DNA from: Mustelus asterias
Lineage: Eukaryota
Length of the DNA: 64,000 bases
Direction of reading: 5' to 3'
NCBI RefSeq assembly: GCF_964213995.1
Contig: NW_027590476.1
Span: forward strand, 124,001 to 188,000
Positions 12,368 to 24,546 of this stretch are shown in pieces. The notes below the pieces were generated by a model. The model saw nothing but the letters and a program-made list of their open reading frames with translations, had not been told where the DNA came from and ran no database searches. Within the stretch, counting starts at the first letter, position 1. Every line of letters starts with the position of its first letter. A program made the position numbers and the translations under genes.

Positions 12368-13284
12368 GAATTCTGTTCACAAACAGAACTTATAAGACAC
12401 AGACTCAATTTACATGAATAATGGTTGGAATGCGAATACTTACAACTAATCCAGTCTTTAAGAAACAAAACAATGGGAGTGGAGAGAGCATCAAGACAGG
12501 CTAAAAAGATGTGTATTGTCTCCAGACAAGACAGCCAGTGAAACTCTGCAGGTCCACGCAACTGTGGGAGTTACAAATAGTGTGACATAAATTCTGATTC
12601 TAGGATCGCATGATAAAGACTCAGGAGGAAAAAAGCAGAAATATTTATGTGAAATAGTGTGACATAAACCCAATATCCCGGTTGAGGCCGTCCTTGTGTG
12701 TGTGGAACCTGGCTATCAGTTTCTGCTCCGCGACTCTGCGCTGTCGTGTGTCGCGAAGGCCGCCTTGGAGAACGCTTACCCGAATATCAGAGGCCGAATG
12801 CCCGTGACCGCTGAAGTGCTCCCTGTTGGGGAGCACTTCAGCGGTCACGGGCATTCGGCCTCTGATATTCGGGTAAGCGTTCTCCAAGGCGGCCTTCGCG
12901 ACACACGACAGCGCAGAGTCGCGGAGCAGAAACTGATAGCCAGGTTCCACACACACAAGGACGGCCTCAACCGGGATATTGGGTTTATGTCACACTATTT
13001 CACATAAATATTTCTGCTTTTTTCCTCCTGAGTCTTTATCATGCGATCCTAGAATCAGAATTTATGTCACACTATTTGTAACTCCCACAGTTGCGTGGAC
13101 CTGCAGAGTTTCACTGGCTGTCTTGTCTGGAGACAATACACATCTTTTTAGCCTGTCTTGATGCTCTCTCCACTCCCATTGTTTTGTTTCTTAAAGACTG
13201 GATTAGTTGTAAGTATTCGCATTCCAACCATTATTCATGTAAATTGAGTCTGTGTCTTATAAGTTCTGTTTGTGAACAGAATTC

Positions 13285-13329
13285 CCACTCACCTGAAGAA
13301 GGGGCTCAGAGCCTCGAAAGCTTGTGTGG
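13285..13329 (+). ncRNA. Minimal hammerhead ribozyme motif (right arm of palindrome)
   Basis: CAC-CTGAAGA-A-GGGGC-tcaga-GCCTC-GAAA-GC-TT-GTG. Confidence 0.7.
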
Positions 13330-13425
13330 CTTTTGCTACCAAATAAACCTGTTGGACTTTAACCTGGTGTTGTTAAACTTCTTACTGTGTTTGAACTGAA
13401 GGCAGCGGAATCAAGGATGGTGCTG

Positions 13426-13724
13426 GTCGAGTGCTGTAGCGCACCCCTTTAATTCCGCTGCTGGGAGACTGAGGCTGCTGGATTGCTTGAGGTCGGGAGT
13501 TCTGGGCTGTTGTTCTCTGTGCCGATCGGGTGTCCACACTAAGATCAGTATCCGCGTTTGTTTTCCAAGAGGACTCTGGGAGCACTAGGTGTGCTAAGGA
13601 GGGGTGAACCGGCCCAGGTCGGGAACGGAGCAGGTCAAATCCCCGGTGCTTTTCAGTTGTGGGATAGCACCTGTGAATAGAAACAGCAGTGCAGCCTGAC
13701 CAATACAGCGAGACGCATCCTTTT
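13426..13724 (+). pseudogene. RN7SL: 7SL copy 2, degenerate 5' Alu domain, upstream region split by the PLE insertion
   Basis: Same body as copy 1, but the 5' end reads GTCGAGTGCTGTAGCGCACCCCTTT and the helix-8 loop GGAAAC is GGGAAC; PLE is inserted ~25-40 bp upstream. Confidence 0.85.
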
Positions 13725-16105
13725 CTCCACACCTTCAATCACAGCCAACAAACTTCTTTGCCATTCCCAGACAAACCCGATGCCTCTCTGGCTGCCTCCA
13801 CACTCACTCCCTCTGCTGCCCCTTTCATTCACTCTCACATCCAATGCTATCACCACATCAATCTACGCAAGTAAACCAAAACATGTACACACACTTTTGA
13901 CCAACCAACTCTCCACCAGCTCTGCACGCTCACAAGCACCATTCTGCAATTCCCACTTGCCTCACTCACTGCCCATTCTTTGCCTCCTCAATATCCACCT
14001 CACATTTACCGCTCCCTGCTGCTCACGGCAGAAACTACACTTTTAAAATGTTCAACTTGCAAAATCATGTCAGCCACGGCCACAAGAGAGCGCGAAACTC
14101 TTCACCTCTTCCTCACATCTCATATCGCGCACATACTTCCCAGCACATCCAACAAGCATTCAAGCTGCCTCTCGGCTCTCATATCTCCTTCTCCTTTTTT
14201 CATTCCCTCCTGACAATTCCTCCACTGTCAACGTCGAAAGCCTCGACGCTCATGACTTAATCTAATGCTGTAAATGAGAGAGTGGGAGAGAAAGAAAGGG
14301 AGAGAGAGAAAGACAGCAAAATGTTCATTGTAATTTCAATTTCAGCGTTGATCGCGAACCCACTTTGGCAATTCACCGACCTTCATTGTTCAATGTCCCC
14401 TCTACTGAGTCTATCCTAAGGAGGAGGAAACATGTCAAGGGGAGGCCGAGGCATCCACGGCTGACGAGGGAAGTCAAGGACAAGATAAAAGCAAAAGAAA
14501 AAGAATACAAAGTGGCGAGGATTAGTGGGAAGCTGGAGGATTGGGATTTTTAAAAATGCGAGCAGAGGACAACTATAGAAGCAATAAGGGGTGGAAAGAT
14601 GAAATATGATTGCAAGGTAGGCAGTAATATAAAAGAAGACAGGAAGAGTTTTTTTCAATATATAATTGATAAGAGAGAGGCAAAAATAGACATTGGATCA
14701 CGATACAATGAGGCTGGAGAAGTAACAATAGGAAACAAAGAAATGGCAGATGGACTGAATCGTTACTTTGCATCAGTCCTCACGGTGGAAGACACCAGGG
14801 GGATGCCAGAGCTCCAGGAGAATCAAGGGGAACAGGTGGCTGCAGTGGCCATCACTAAGGAGAAGGTTCTGGGGAAACTGAAAGGTCTGAAGGTGGATAA
14901 ATCACCTGGACTGGATGGACTACACGCCAGGATTCTAAGAGAGATAACTGAGGAAATTGTGGAGGCATTGGCAGTGATCTTTCAGGAATCACAGAGGACT
15001 GGAAAGTAGCGAATGTAACACCGCTGTTTAAGAAGGGAGGGTGGCAGGAAATGTGAAATTAGAGGCCAGTGAGCCTGACTTCAGTCATTGGCAAGATTAT
15101 AGAGTCAATTATGAAAGATGAGATTGCAGAATACTTGGAAGTGCATGATAAAATAGGACTGAGTCAGCATGGCTTGGTCAAGGGGTGGCCATGTCTGACA
15201 AATCTCTTAGCATTCTGTGAGGAGATGACAAGGAAGTTCGATGAAGGAGAACCAGTGGACGTGATTTATTTCGATTCCCAGAAGGCCTTTGGCAATGTGC
15301 CGCATAGGAGACTGTTCAATCTGTTAGGAGCACATAGTTCTAAGCTTAAGATCCTGGCATGGATAGAGGATTGGCTGATTGGCAGGAGGCAGAGTGTGGG
15401 GATAAAGGGGTCCTTTTCAGGATGGCAGCCGTTGACTAGCGGTTTGCTTCAGGGGTCGGTGCTGGGACCACAACTTTTCACAATATACATTAACGTTTTG
15501 GAAGAAGGAACTGAAGGCACTGTTGCTAAGTTTGCAGATGATACAAAGATATGCAGAGGGACAGGTAGTATTGAGGAAGCAGGGGGCTTCAGAAGGACCT
15601 GAACAGGTTAGAAGAGTGGGCAAAGAAGTGGCAGATGGTGTATAATGTGGAAAAGTGTGAGGTTATGCACTTTGGAAGGAGGAATGGAGGCACAGACTAT
15701 GTTCTAACTGGGGAAATGCTTAGGAAATCAGAAACACAAAGGGGCTTGGGAGTGCTTGTTCTCAAGGTTAACATGCAGATTTAGTCGGCAGTCAGGAAGG
15801 CAAATGCAATGCTAGCATTCATGTCGAGAGGGCTAGAATACAATAGCAGGGATGTATTTCTGAGGCTGCATAATACCCCATTTGGAGTATTGTGAGCAGT
15901 TTTGGGCCCCGTATCTAAGGAAGGATGTGCTGGCCTTGGAAAGGGTCCAGAGGAGGTTCACAAGAATGATCCCCAGAATGAAGAGCTTGTCGTATGAGGA
16001 ACGGGTGAGGACTCTGGCTCTGTACTCGTTGGAGTTTAGAAGGAAGAGGGGGAAACCTGCAGGATACTGCAAGGCCTGGATAGAGTGGACATGAAGAGGA
16101 TGTTT

Positions 16106-17452
16106 TGATTTTGATTTGATTTGATTTATTATTCTCACATCTATTAACGTACAGTGAAAAGTATTGTTTTTTGCACGCTATACAGACAAAACACACCATT
16201 CATGGAGAAGGAAAACAAGAGAGTGCAGAATGTAGTGTTACAGTCATAGCTAGGGTGCAGAGAAAGTTCAACTTAATGCAAGGTAAGTCCATTCAAAAGT
16301 CTGACAGCAGCAGGGAAGAAGCTGTTCTTGAGTCGGTTGGAACAGGACGTTCAATGTTTGACACTTTTTCCTGAAGGAAGAAGGTGGAAGAGAGAATGTC
16401 CGGGGTACATGGGGTCCTTAGTTATGCTGGCTGCTTTGCCGAGGCAGTGGGAAGTGCAGACAGAGTCAATGATGGGAGGCTGGTTTGCGTGATGGATTGG
16501 GCTACATTCACGATTTTTTGTAGTTTCTTGCGGTCTTGGGCAGAGCAGGAGCCATACCAAGCTGTGATACAACTAGAAAGAATGCTTGCTATGGTGCACC
16601 TGTAAAAGTTGGTGAGAGGCTTAGCTGACATCCAAATTTCCTTAGTCTTCTGAGAAAGTAGAGGCATTGGTGCTCTTTCTGAACAATAGTGTCGGCATGG
16701 GGGGGACCAGGACAGGTTGTTGGTGATCTGGACACCTAAAAACTTGAAGCTCACGACCTTTTCTATTTCATTCCTGTTGATGTAGGCAGTAAAAAGTCTC
16801 ACAAAGCCAGGTTAAATTCCAACAGGTTTATTTGGTAGCAAATACCATAAGCAAATACCAAATAAACCTGTTGGACTTTAACCTGGTGTTGTGAGGCTTC
16901 TTACTGTGTTCACCCCAGTCCAACGCCGGCATCTCCACATCATGATGTAGGCAGGGGCATGTTCTCCTTTACACTTCCTGAAGTTGATGACAATCTCCTT
17001 CGTTTTGTTGACATGGAGGGAGAGATTATTGTTGCCGCACCATTTCACCAGATTCTCTATCTCATTCCTGTACTCTGTCTCATCATTGTTTGAGATCCAA
17101 CCCACTATGGTGCTGTCGTCAGCAAACTTGAAAATCAAATTGGAGGGGAATTTGGCCGTACAGTCATAGGTATCATAAGGAGTATAGTAAGGGGCTGACA
17201 ACACAGCCTTGTGGGGCACCGGTGTTGAGGATGACCGTGGAGGAAGTGTTGTTGCCTATCCTTACTGATTATGGTCTGTGAGTTAGGTAGTGCAGGATCC
17301 AATCACAGAGCGAGGTGCCGAGGCCCAGGCCACGGAGTTTGGGGATGTGTTTCGTGGGAATAATAGTGTTGAAGACTGAGCTGTAGTCAATAAATAGGAG
17401 TCTGACAGAGGTGTCCTTGTTATCTACGTGTTCCAGCGCTGAGTGCAGTGTT
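16106..17452 (-). mobile_element. Rex1/Babar-like LINE 3' fragment
   Basis: [49 protein letters not shown]; (ATCAA)n tail; 7-bp TSD GATGTTT at 16099-16105 and 17453-17459. Confidence 0.8.
16790..16942. mobile_element. Miniature fold-back PLE terminus (153 bp)
   Basis: Inverted copies of the PLE 3' end plus tail CCCCAGTCCAACGCCGGCATCTCCACATCA; 12-bp TSD TGATGTAGGCAG. Confidence 0.85.
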
Positions 17453-18184
17453 GATGTTTCCACTAGTAGGAAAAACTAGGACCAGAGGGCACAACCTCAG
17501 GCTAAAGGGACAATCATTTGAAACAGATATGAGGAGGAATTTCTTCAGCCAGAGTGTGGTGAATCTGTGGAACTCTGGGCCGCAGAAAGGTGTGGAGGCC
17601 AGATCATTGAGTGTCATTAAGGCAGGGATAGATAGGTTCTTGATTAATGAGGGGATCAGGGGTTTGGGGAAAAGGCAGGAGAATGAGGATGAGAAAAATA
17701 TCAGCCATGATTAAATGGCGGAGCAGACTCGATGGGCCGAGTGGCAAAATTCTGCTCCTATGTCTCATGTTCTTCTGGTAACATAGCTTCCACTTGGCAA
17801 AACACTGCCTCACATTCAGAGATCTGGAAAAGGAAAGGTCTCTGTTCCACTCTGCTGTGATGCGCGCAGTAAACGTGTGTATTTCAGGGGCAGACAACCG
17901 AGCTGCTGCGTGCCATTCCAACAAAGAAAACGGCTCCTTATTTTCAACGGCACTGATACCTGGGCTGAGGACGGGACTGAGTGAATATATTCAGACAGGT
18001 TCCATGAATACAAACAAAAATTCGCACAAATAAATTTTAAGAGGTCAATTAGACTAACTTGAGCACACAAAGTTGAAGCTTCCTCAAATTATGGTCAGTT
18101 GATTCAGTGAAGCAGTGAAGTCAGTCTGCATTCGAGCTCTTGCTGCTGTTTGAACTGAAGGCGGCTGAATCAAGGATTGCGTTT

Positions 18185-18482
18185 GCCGGGTGCTGTGGCG
18201 CGCACCTGTAATCCCGCTGCTGGGAGGCTGAGGCTGCTGGATTGCTTGAGGTCGGGAGTTCTGGGCTGTTGTTCTCTGTGCCGATCGGGTGTCCACACTA
18301 AGATCAGTATCCACATGGTGTTCCAAAAGGACTCTGGAAGCACCAGGTGTGCTAAGGAGGGGCGAACCAGCCCAGGTCGGAAACGGAGCAGGTCAAATCC
18401 CCTGTGCTCTTCGACAGTGGGATAGCACCTGTGAATAGAAACAACAGTGCCGCCTGACCAATACAGCGAGACGCTTCCTTTT
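18185..18482 (+). ncRNA. RN7SL: 7SL / SRP RNA gene variant, copy 3
   Basis: Full length with T4 terminator; a few substitutions relative to copy 1 (GGCGAACCAGCC at the helix-8 base, helix-6 changes). Confidence 0.9.
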
Positions 18483-19177
18483 CTCCACACCTTCAATCGC
18501 AGCAAACAAAATATTTTGCCGTTCCCCTCAATACAGACAAACCCGATGCCTCTCTGCCTGCCTCCACACTCACTCCCTCTGCTGCCCCTTTCATTCACTC
18601 TCACATCCAATGCCATCACCACATCAATCTACGCAAGTAAACCAAAACATGGACACACACCTTTGACCAACCAACTCTCCACCAGCACTGCACGCTCACC
18701 CGCACCATTCTCCAATCCCCACTTTCCTCACTCTCCCCATTCTTTGCCTCCTCAATATCCACCTCACTTTTACTGCTCCCTGCTGCTCACGGCAGAAACT
18801 GCACTTTTAAAATCTTCAACTTGCACAATCATGTCAGCCACGGCCACAAGAGAGCGCGAACCTCTTCACCTCTTCCCCACATCTCATATCGCGCACATAC
18901 TTCCCAGCACATCCAACAAGCATTCAAGCTGCCTCTCGGCTCTCATATCTCCTTCTCCTTTATTCATTCCCTCCTGACAATTTCTCCACTGTCAATGTCG
19001 AAAGTCTAGACGCTTATGACTTAATCTAATGCTGTAAATGAGAGAGTGGGAGAGAAAGAAAGAGAGAGAGAGAAAGACAGCAAAATGTTCGTTGTAATTT
19101 CAAGTTCAGCGTTGATCGCTAACCCACTTTGGCAATTCACCGACCTTCATTGTTCAATGTCCCCGCGACCGAGTCTA

Positions 19178-22100
19178 TCCCAAGGAGGCGGAAACATGCC
19201 AAGGGGAGGACGAGGCATCCACGGCTGACGATGGAAGTCAAGGACAACATAAAAGCAAAAGAAAAAGAATACAAAGTGGCGAGGATTAGTGGGAAGCTGG
19301 AGGATTGGGATTTTTTTAAAATGCGAGCAGAGTACAACTCTGAAAGCAATAGGGCCGGGCGGGGGGGGGGGGGGGGGGGGGGGAGATGAAATAAGAGTGC
19401 AAGGTAGCCAGTAATATAAAAGAAGACAGGAAGAGTTTTTTTTCAATCCATAAAAGATAAGAGAGAGGCAAAAATAGACATTGGATCACGATAAAATGAG
19501 GCTGGAGAAGTAACAATAGGAAATAAAGAAATGGCAGATGAACTGAATCGTAACTTTGCATCAGTCCTCAAGGTGGAAGACACCAGGGGGATGCCAGAGC
19601 TCCAGGAGAATCAGGGGGAACAGGTGACTGCAGTGGCCATCACTAAGGAGAAGGTTCTGGGGAAACTGAAAGGTCTAAAGGTGGATAAATCACCTGGACT
19701 GGATGGACTACACGCCAGGATTCTAAAAATGATAACTGAGGAAATTTTGGAGGCATTGGCAGTGATCTTTCAGGAATGACAGAGGACTGGAAAGTAGCGA
19801 ATGTAACACCGCTGTTTAAGAAGTTCGGGAGGCAGGAAATGTGAAATTAGAGGCCAGTGAGCCTGACTTCGGTCATTGGCAAGATTATAGAGTCAATTAT
19901 GAAAGATGAGATTGCAGAATACTTGGAAGTGCATGATAAAATAGGACTGAGTCAGCATGGCTTGGTCAAGGGGTGGTCATGTCGGACAAATCTCTTACAA
20001 TTCTTTGAGGAGATAACAAGGAAGTAAGAGAAAGGAGAACCAGTGGACGTGATTTATTTCGATTCCCAGAAGGCCTTTGGCAATGTGCCGCATAGGAGAC
20101 TGTTCAATCTGTTAGGAGCACATAGTTCTAAGCTTAAGATCCTGGCATGGATAGAGGATTGGCTGATTGGCAGGAGGCAGAGTGTGGGGATAAAGGGGTC
20201 CTTTTCAGGATGGCAGCCGGTGACTAGCGGTGTGCTTCAGGGGTCGGTGCTGGGACCACAACTTTTCACAATATACATTAATGTTTTGGAAGAAGGAACT
20301 GAAGGCACTGTTGCTAAGTTTGCAGATGATACAAAGATATGCAGAGGGACAGGTAGTATTGAGGAAGCAGGGGGCTTCAGAAGGACCTGAACAGGTTAGG
20401 AGAGTGGGCAAAGAAGTGACAGATGGAGTATAATGTGGAAAAGTGTGAGGTTATGCACTTTGGAAGGAGAAATGGAGGCACAGACTATGTTCTAACTGGG
20501 GAAATGCTTAGGAAATCAGAAACACAAAGGGGCTTGGGAGTGCTTGCTCTCAAGGTTAACATGCAGATTTAGTCGGCAGTCAGGAAGGCAAATGCAATGC
20601 TAGCATTCATGTCGAGAGGGCTAGAATACAATAGCAGGGATGTATTTCTGAGGCTGCATAATACCCCATTTGGAGTATTGTGAGCAGTTTTGGGCCTCGT
20701 ATCTAAGGAAGGATGTGCTGGCCTTGGAAAGGGTCCAGAGGAGGTTCACAGGAATGATCCCCAGAATGAAGAGCTTGTCGTATGAGGAACGGGTGAGGAC
20801 TCTGGCTCTGTACTCGTTGGAGTTTAGAAGGAAGAGGGGGAAACCTGCAGGATACTGCGAGGCCTGGATAGAGTGGACGTGAAGAGGACGTTTTGATTTT
20901 GATTTGATTTGATTTATTATTCTCACATCTATTAACGTACAGTGAAAAGTATTGTTTTTTGCGCGCTATACAGACAAAACACACCATTCATGGAGAAGGA
21001 AAACAAGAGAGTGCAGAATGTAGTGTTACAGTCATAGCTAGGGTGCAGAGAAAGTTCAACTTAATGCAAGGTAAGTCCATTCAAAAGTCTGACAGCAGCA
21101 GGGAAGAAGCTGTTCTTGAGTCGGTTGGTACAGGACGTTCAACGTTTGACACTTTTTCCTGAAGGAAGAAGGTGGAAGAGAGAATGTCCGGGGTACATGG
21201 GGTCCTTAGGTATGCTGGCTGCTTTGCCGAGGCAGTGGGAAGTGCAGACAGAGTCAATGATGGGAGGCTGGTTTGCGTGATGGATTGGGCTACATTCACG
21301 ATTTTTTGTAGTTTCTTGCGGTCTTGGGCAGAGCAGGAGCCATACCAAGCTGTGATACAACTAGAAAGAATGCTTGCTATGGTGCACCTGTAAAAGTTGG
21401 TGAGAGGCATAGCTGACATCCAAATTTCCTTAGTCTTCTGAGAAAGTAGAGGCATTGGTGCTCTTTCTGAACAATAGTGTCGGCATGGGGGGGACCAGGA
21501 CAGGTTGTTGGTGATCTGGACACCTAAAAACTTGAAGCTCACGACCTTTTCTATTTCGTTCCTGTTGATGTAGGCAGCAAAAAGTCTCACAAAGCCAGGT
21601 TAAATTCCAACAGGTTTATTTGGTAGCAAATACCATAAGCAAATACCAAATAAACCTGTTGGACTTTAACCTGGTGTTGTGAGGCTTCTTACTGTGTTCA
21701 CCCCAGTCCAACGCCGGCATCTCCACATCATGATGTAGGCAGGGGCATGTTCTCCTTTACACTTCCTGAAGATGATGACAATCTCCTTCGTTTTGTTGAC
21801 ATTGAGGGAGAGATTATTGTTGCCGCACCATTTCACCAGATTCTCTATCTCATTCCTGTACTCTGTCTCATCATTGTTTGAGATCCAACCCACTACGGTG
21901 CTGTCGTCAGCAAACTTGAAAATCAAATTGGAGGGGAATTTGGCCACACAGTCATTGGTATCATAAGGAGTATAGTAAGGGGCTGACAACACAGCCTTGT
22001 GGGGCACCGGTGTTGAGGATGACCGTGGAGGAAGTGTTGTTGCCTATCCTTACTGATTATGGTCTGTGAGTTAGGAAGTGCAGGATCCAATCACAGAGCG

Positions 22101-22558
22101 AGGTGCCGAGGCCCAGGCCACGGAGTTTGGGGATGTGTTTCGTGGGAATAATAGTGTTGAAGACTGAGCTGTAGTCAATAAATAGGAGTCTGACAGAGGT
22201 GTCCTTGTTATCTAGGTGTTCCAGCGCTGAGTGCAGTGTTGATGTTTCCACTAGTAGGAAAAACTAGGACCAGAGGGTACAACCTCAGGCTAAAGGGACA
22301 ATCATTTGAAACAGAGATGAGGAGGAATTTCTTCAGCCAGAGTGTGGTGAATCTGTGGAACTCTGGGCCGCAGAAAGGTGTGGAGGCCAGATCATTGAGT
22401 GTCACTAAGGCAGGGATAGATATGTTCTTGATTAATGAGGGGATCAGGGGTTTGGGGAAAAGGCAGGAGAATGAGGATGAGAAAAATTTCAGCCATGATT
22501 AAATGGCGGAGCAGACTCGATGGGCCGAGTGGCAAAATTCTGCTCCTATGTCTCATGG
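19178..22558 (+). mobile_element. Duplicate of the CR1/Rex1/mini-PLE composite (copy 2)
   Basis: Near-identical to 14415-17770 with the same nested junctions (Rex1 ~20894-22240, mini-PLE 21578-21730). Confidence 0.92.
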
Positions 22559-22810
22559 TCTTCTGGTATCATAGCGACCACTTGGCAAACAACTGCGTCA
22601 CATTCAGAGATCTGGAAAAGGAAAGGTCTCTGTTCCACTCTGCTGTGATGCGCGCAGTAAACGTGTGTATTTCAGGGGCAGACAGCCGAGCTGTTGCGTG
22701 CCATTCCAACAGAGAAAACGGCTCCTTATTTTCAACGGCATTGATACCTGGGCTGAGGACTGGACTCAGTGAACATATTCAGACAGGTTCCATGAATACA
22801 AACAAAAATT

Positions 22811-24092
22811 CAAAGACTATTTCCTCGGGTGGATGGAGCTATTACAAGGGGGCATAACTATAGGGTTCATGGTGGGAGATATAGGAAGGATATCAGAGGT
22901 AGGTTCTTTACGCAGAGAGTGGTTGGGGTGTGGAATGGACTGCCTGCAGTGATAGTGGAGTCAGACACTTTAGGAACATTTAAGCGGTTATTGGATAGGC
23001 ACATGGAGCACACCAGGATGATAGGGAGTGGGATAGCTTGATATTGGTTTCAGATAAAGCTCGGCACAACATGTCGGAAGTTGTTGGAAAAGATTCTTAG
23101 AGATAGGATGTATGCGCATTTAGAAAGGAATAAACTCATTAACGATAGTCAGCATGGTTTTGTGAGAGGGAGGTCATGCCTCACTAACCTGGTGGAGTTT
23201 TTTGAAGAAGTGACCAAAATGGTTGACGAGGGAAGGGATGTCGTCTATATGGACTTTAGTAAAGCGTTTGACAAAGTCCCTCATGGTTGGCTGGTGAAAA
23301 AGGTTGGATCTCATGGGATAAAGGGGGAGGTGGCTAGATGGGTGGAGAACTGGCTTGGTCACAGAAGACAGAGGGTGGTAGTGGAAGGGTCTTTTTCCGG
23401 CTGGAGGCCTGTGACTAGTGGTGTTCCGCAGGGCTCTGTATTGGGACCTCTGCTGTTTGTGATTTATATAAACGATCTGGAAGAAGGTGTAACTGGGGTG
23501 ATCAGTAAGTTTGCAGACGACACAAAATTGGCAGGACTCGCAGATAGTGAGGAGCATTGTCAGAAGCTACAGAAGGATATAGATAGGCTGGAAATTTGGG
23601 CAAAGAAATAGCAGATGGAGTTCAATCCTGATCAATGCGAAGTGATGCATTTTGGTAGAAATAATGTAGGGAGGAGCTATACGATAAATGGCAGAACCAT
23701 AAAGGGTGTAGATACGCAGAGGGACCTGGGTGTGCAAGTCCACAGATCCTTGAAAGTGACGTCACAGGTGGAGAAGGCGGTGAAGAAGGCATATGGCATG
23801 CTTGCCTTTATAGGACGGGGCATAGAGTATAAAAGTTGGGGTCTGATGTTGCAGATGTATAGAACGTTGGTTCGGCCGCATCTGGAATACTGCGTCCAGT
23901 TCTTGTCGCCACACTACCAGAAGGATGTGGAGGCTTTGGAGAGAGTACAGAGGAGGTTTACCAGGATGTTACCTGGTATGGAGGGGCTTAGTTATGAGGA
24001 GAGATTGGGGAAACTGGGGTTGTTCTCCCTGGAAAGACGGAGGATGAGGGGAGACTTAATAGAGTTGTATAAAGTTATGAAAGGCATAGATA
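22811..24092 (+). mobile_element. Two abutting CR1 fragments
   Basis: A 3' fragment at 22811-23070, then RT core [22 protein letters not shown] at 23071-24092 with an internal stop at 23609-23611. Confidence 0.88.
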
Positions 24093-24546
24093 GAAAAAAT
24101 CTAGATAGAAAAAAATCGGAGGGTTTTTTTTCAAAACAGGAAATAGGCCCAGCAGCAGCTTGGGAAGGTTTTGGAGGGTTTAAAAGTGCTTAACTTGGAG
24201 GTTTCAGCCTCATTGTTCCACAGGAGCAGGCTGAGGGTAAGGGAGCTTGTTTGTGCACTAATTTATTTAATTATTGTTCAGTTAACTTTGTGAAAAAAAT
24301 CGGAGGTTTTTTTTTCAAAACAGGAAATAGGCCCAGGAACAGCCTGGGAAGGTTTTTTGGAGGGTTTAAAAGCAGGCCGCACTTTTGAGCGGGCAGCGTC
24401 TGGAGTGGGCACTGGAGTGAGCAGGGAGCAGAGTGTGAGCTGTAAGGGCTTTGGCTCACAGGGCTTCGGTGAAGGCGAGGAAGGTTGTTTGTTTTTCTTC
24501 TGTTACACCCCCTTTTTTGTTTTATCTCCCAAAAACTAAAAAGGAC

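Larger units (their letters stand above)
12234..13387. mobile_element. Fold-back (inverted-duplicated) Penelope-like element 3' end
   Basis: Arms 12260-12823 and 12829-13392 are reverse complements with a 5-nt spacer. 14-bp TSD TGTTTGAACTGAAG at 12220-12233 and 13388-13401. Encodes a GIY-YIG C-terminus (EHFSGHGH..DGLNRD). Confidence 0.93.
14415..17770 (+). mobile_element. Degenerate CR1 LINE (copy 1) inserted in the 7SL spacer, containing a nested Rex1 and mini-PLE
   Basis: [32 protein letters not shown]; resumes after the nested element with RTRGHNLRLKG..FFSQ. Confidence 0.9.
10351..22810 (+). repeat. Tandem array of 7SL-gene units (basic unit ~1.47 kb; later 4.79-kb duplicated unit)
   Basis: Spacer motif ATCTGGAAAAGGAAAGGTCTCTGTTCC recurs at ~10411, 11887, 17822 and 22610; 14415-17770 is repeated at an offset of ~4.77-4.79 kb (4788 across its 3' half). 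Confidence 0.93.

Noticed and set aside
19360-19384. Long poly-G run absent from the duplicate copy
   Set aside because: Homopolymer slippage or sequencing error in a dead CR1.
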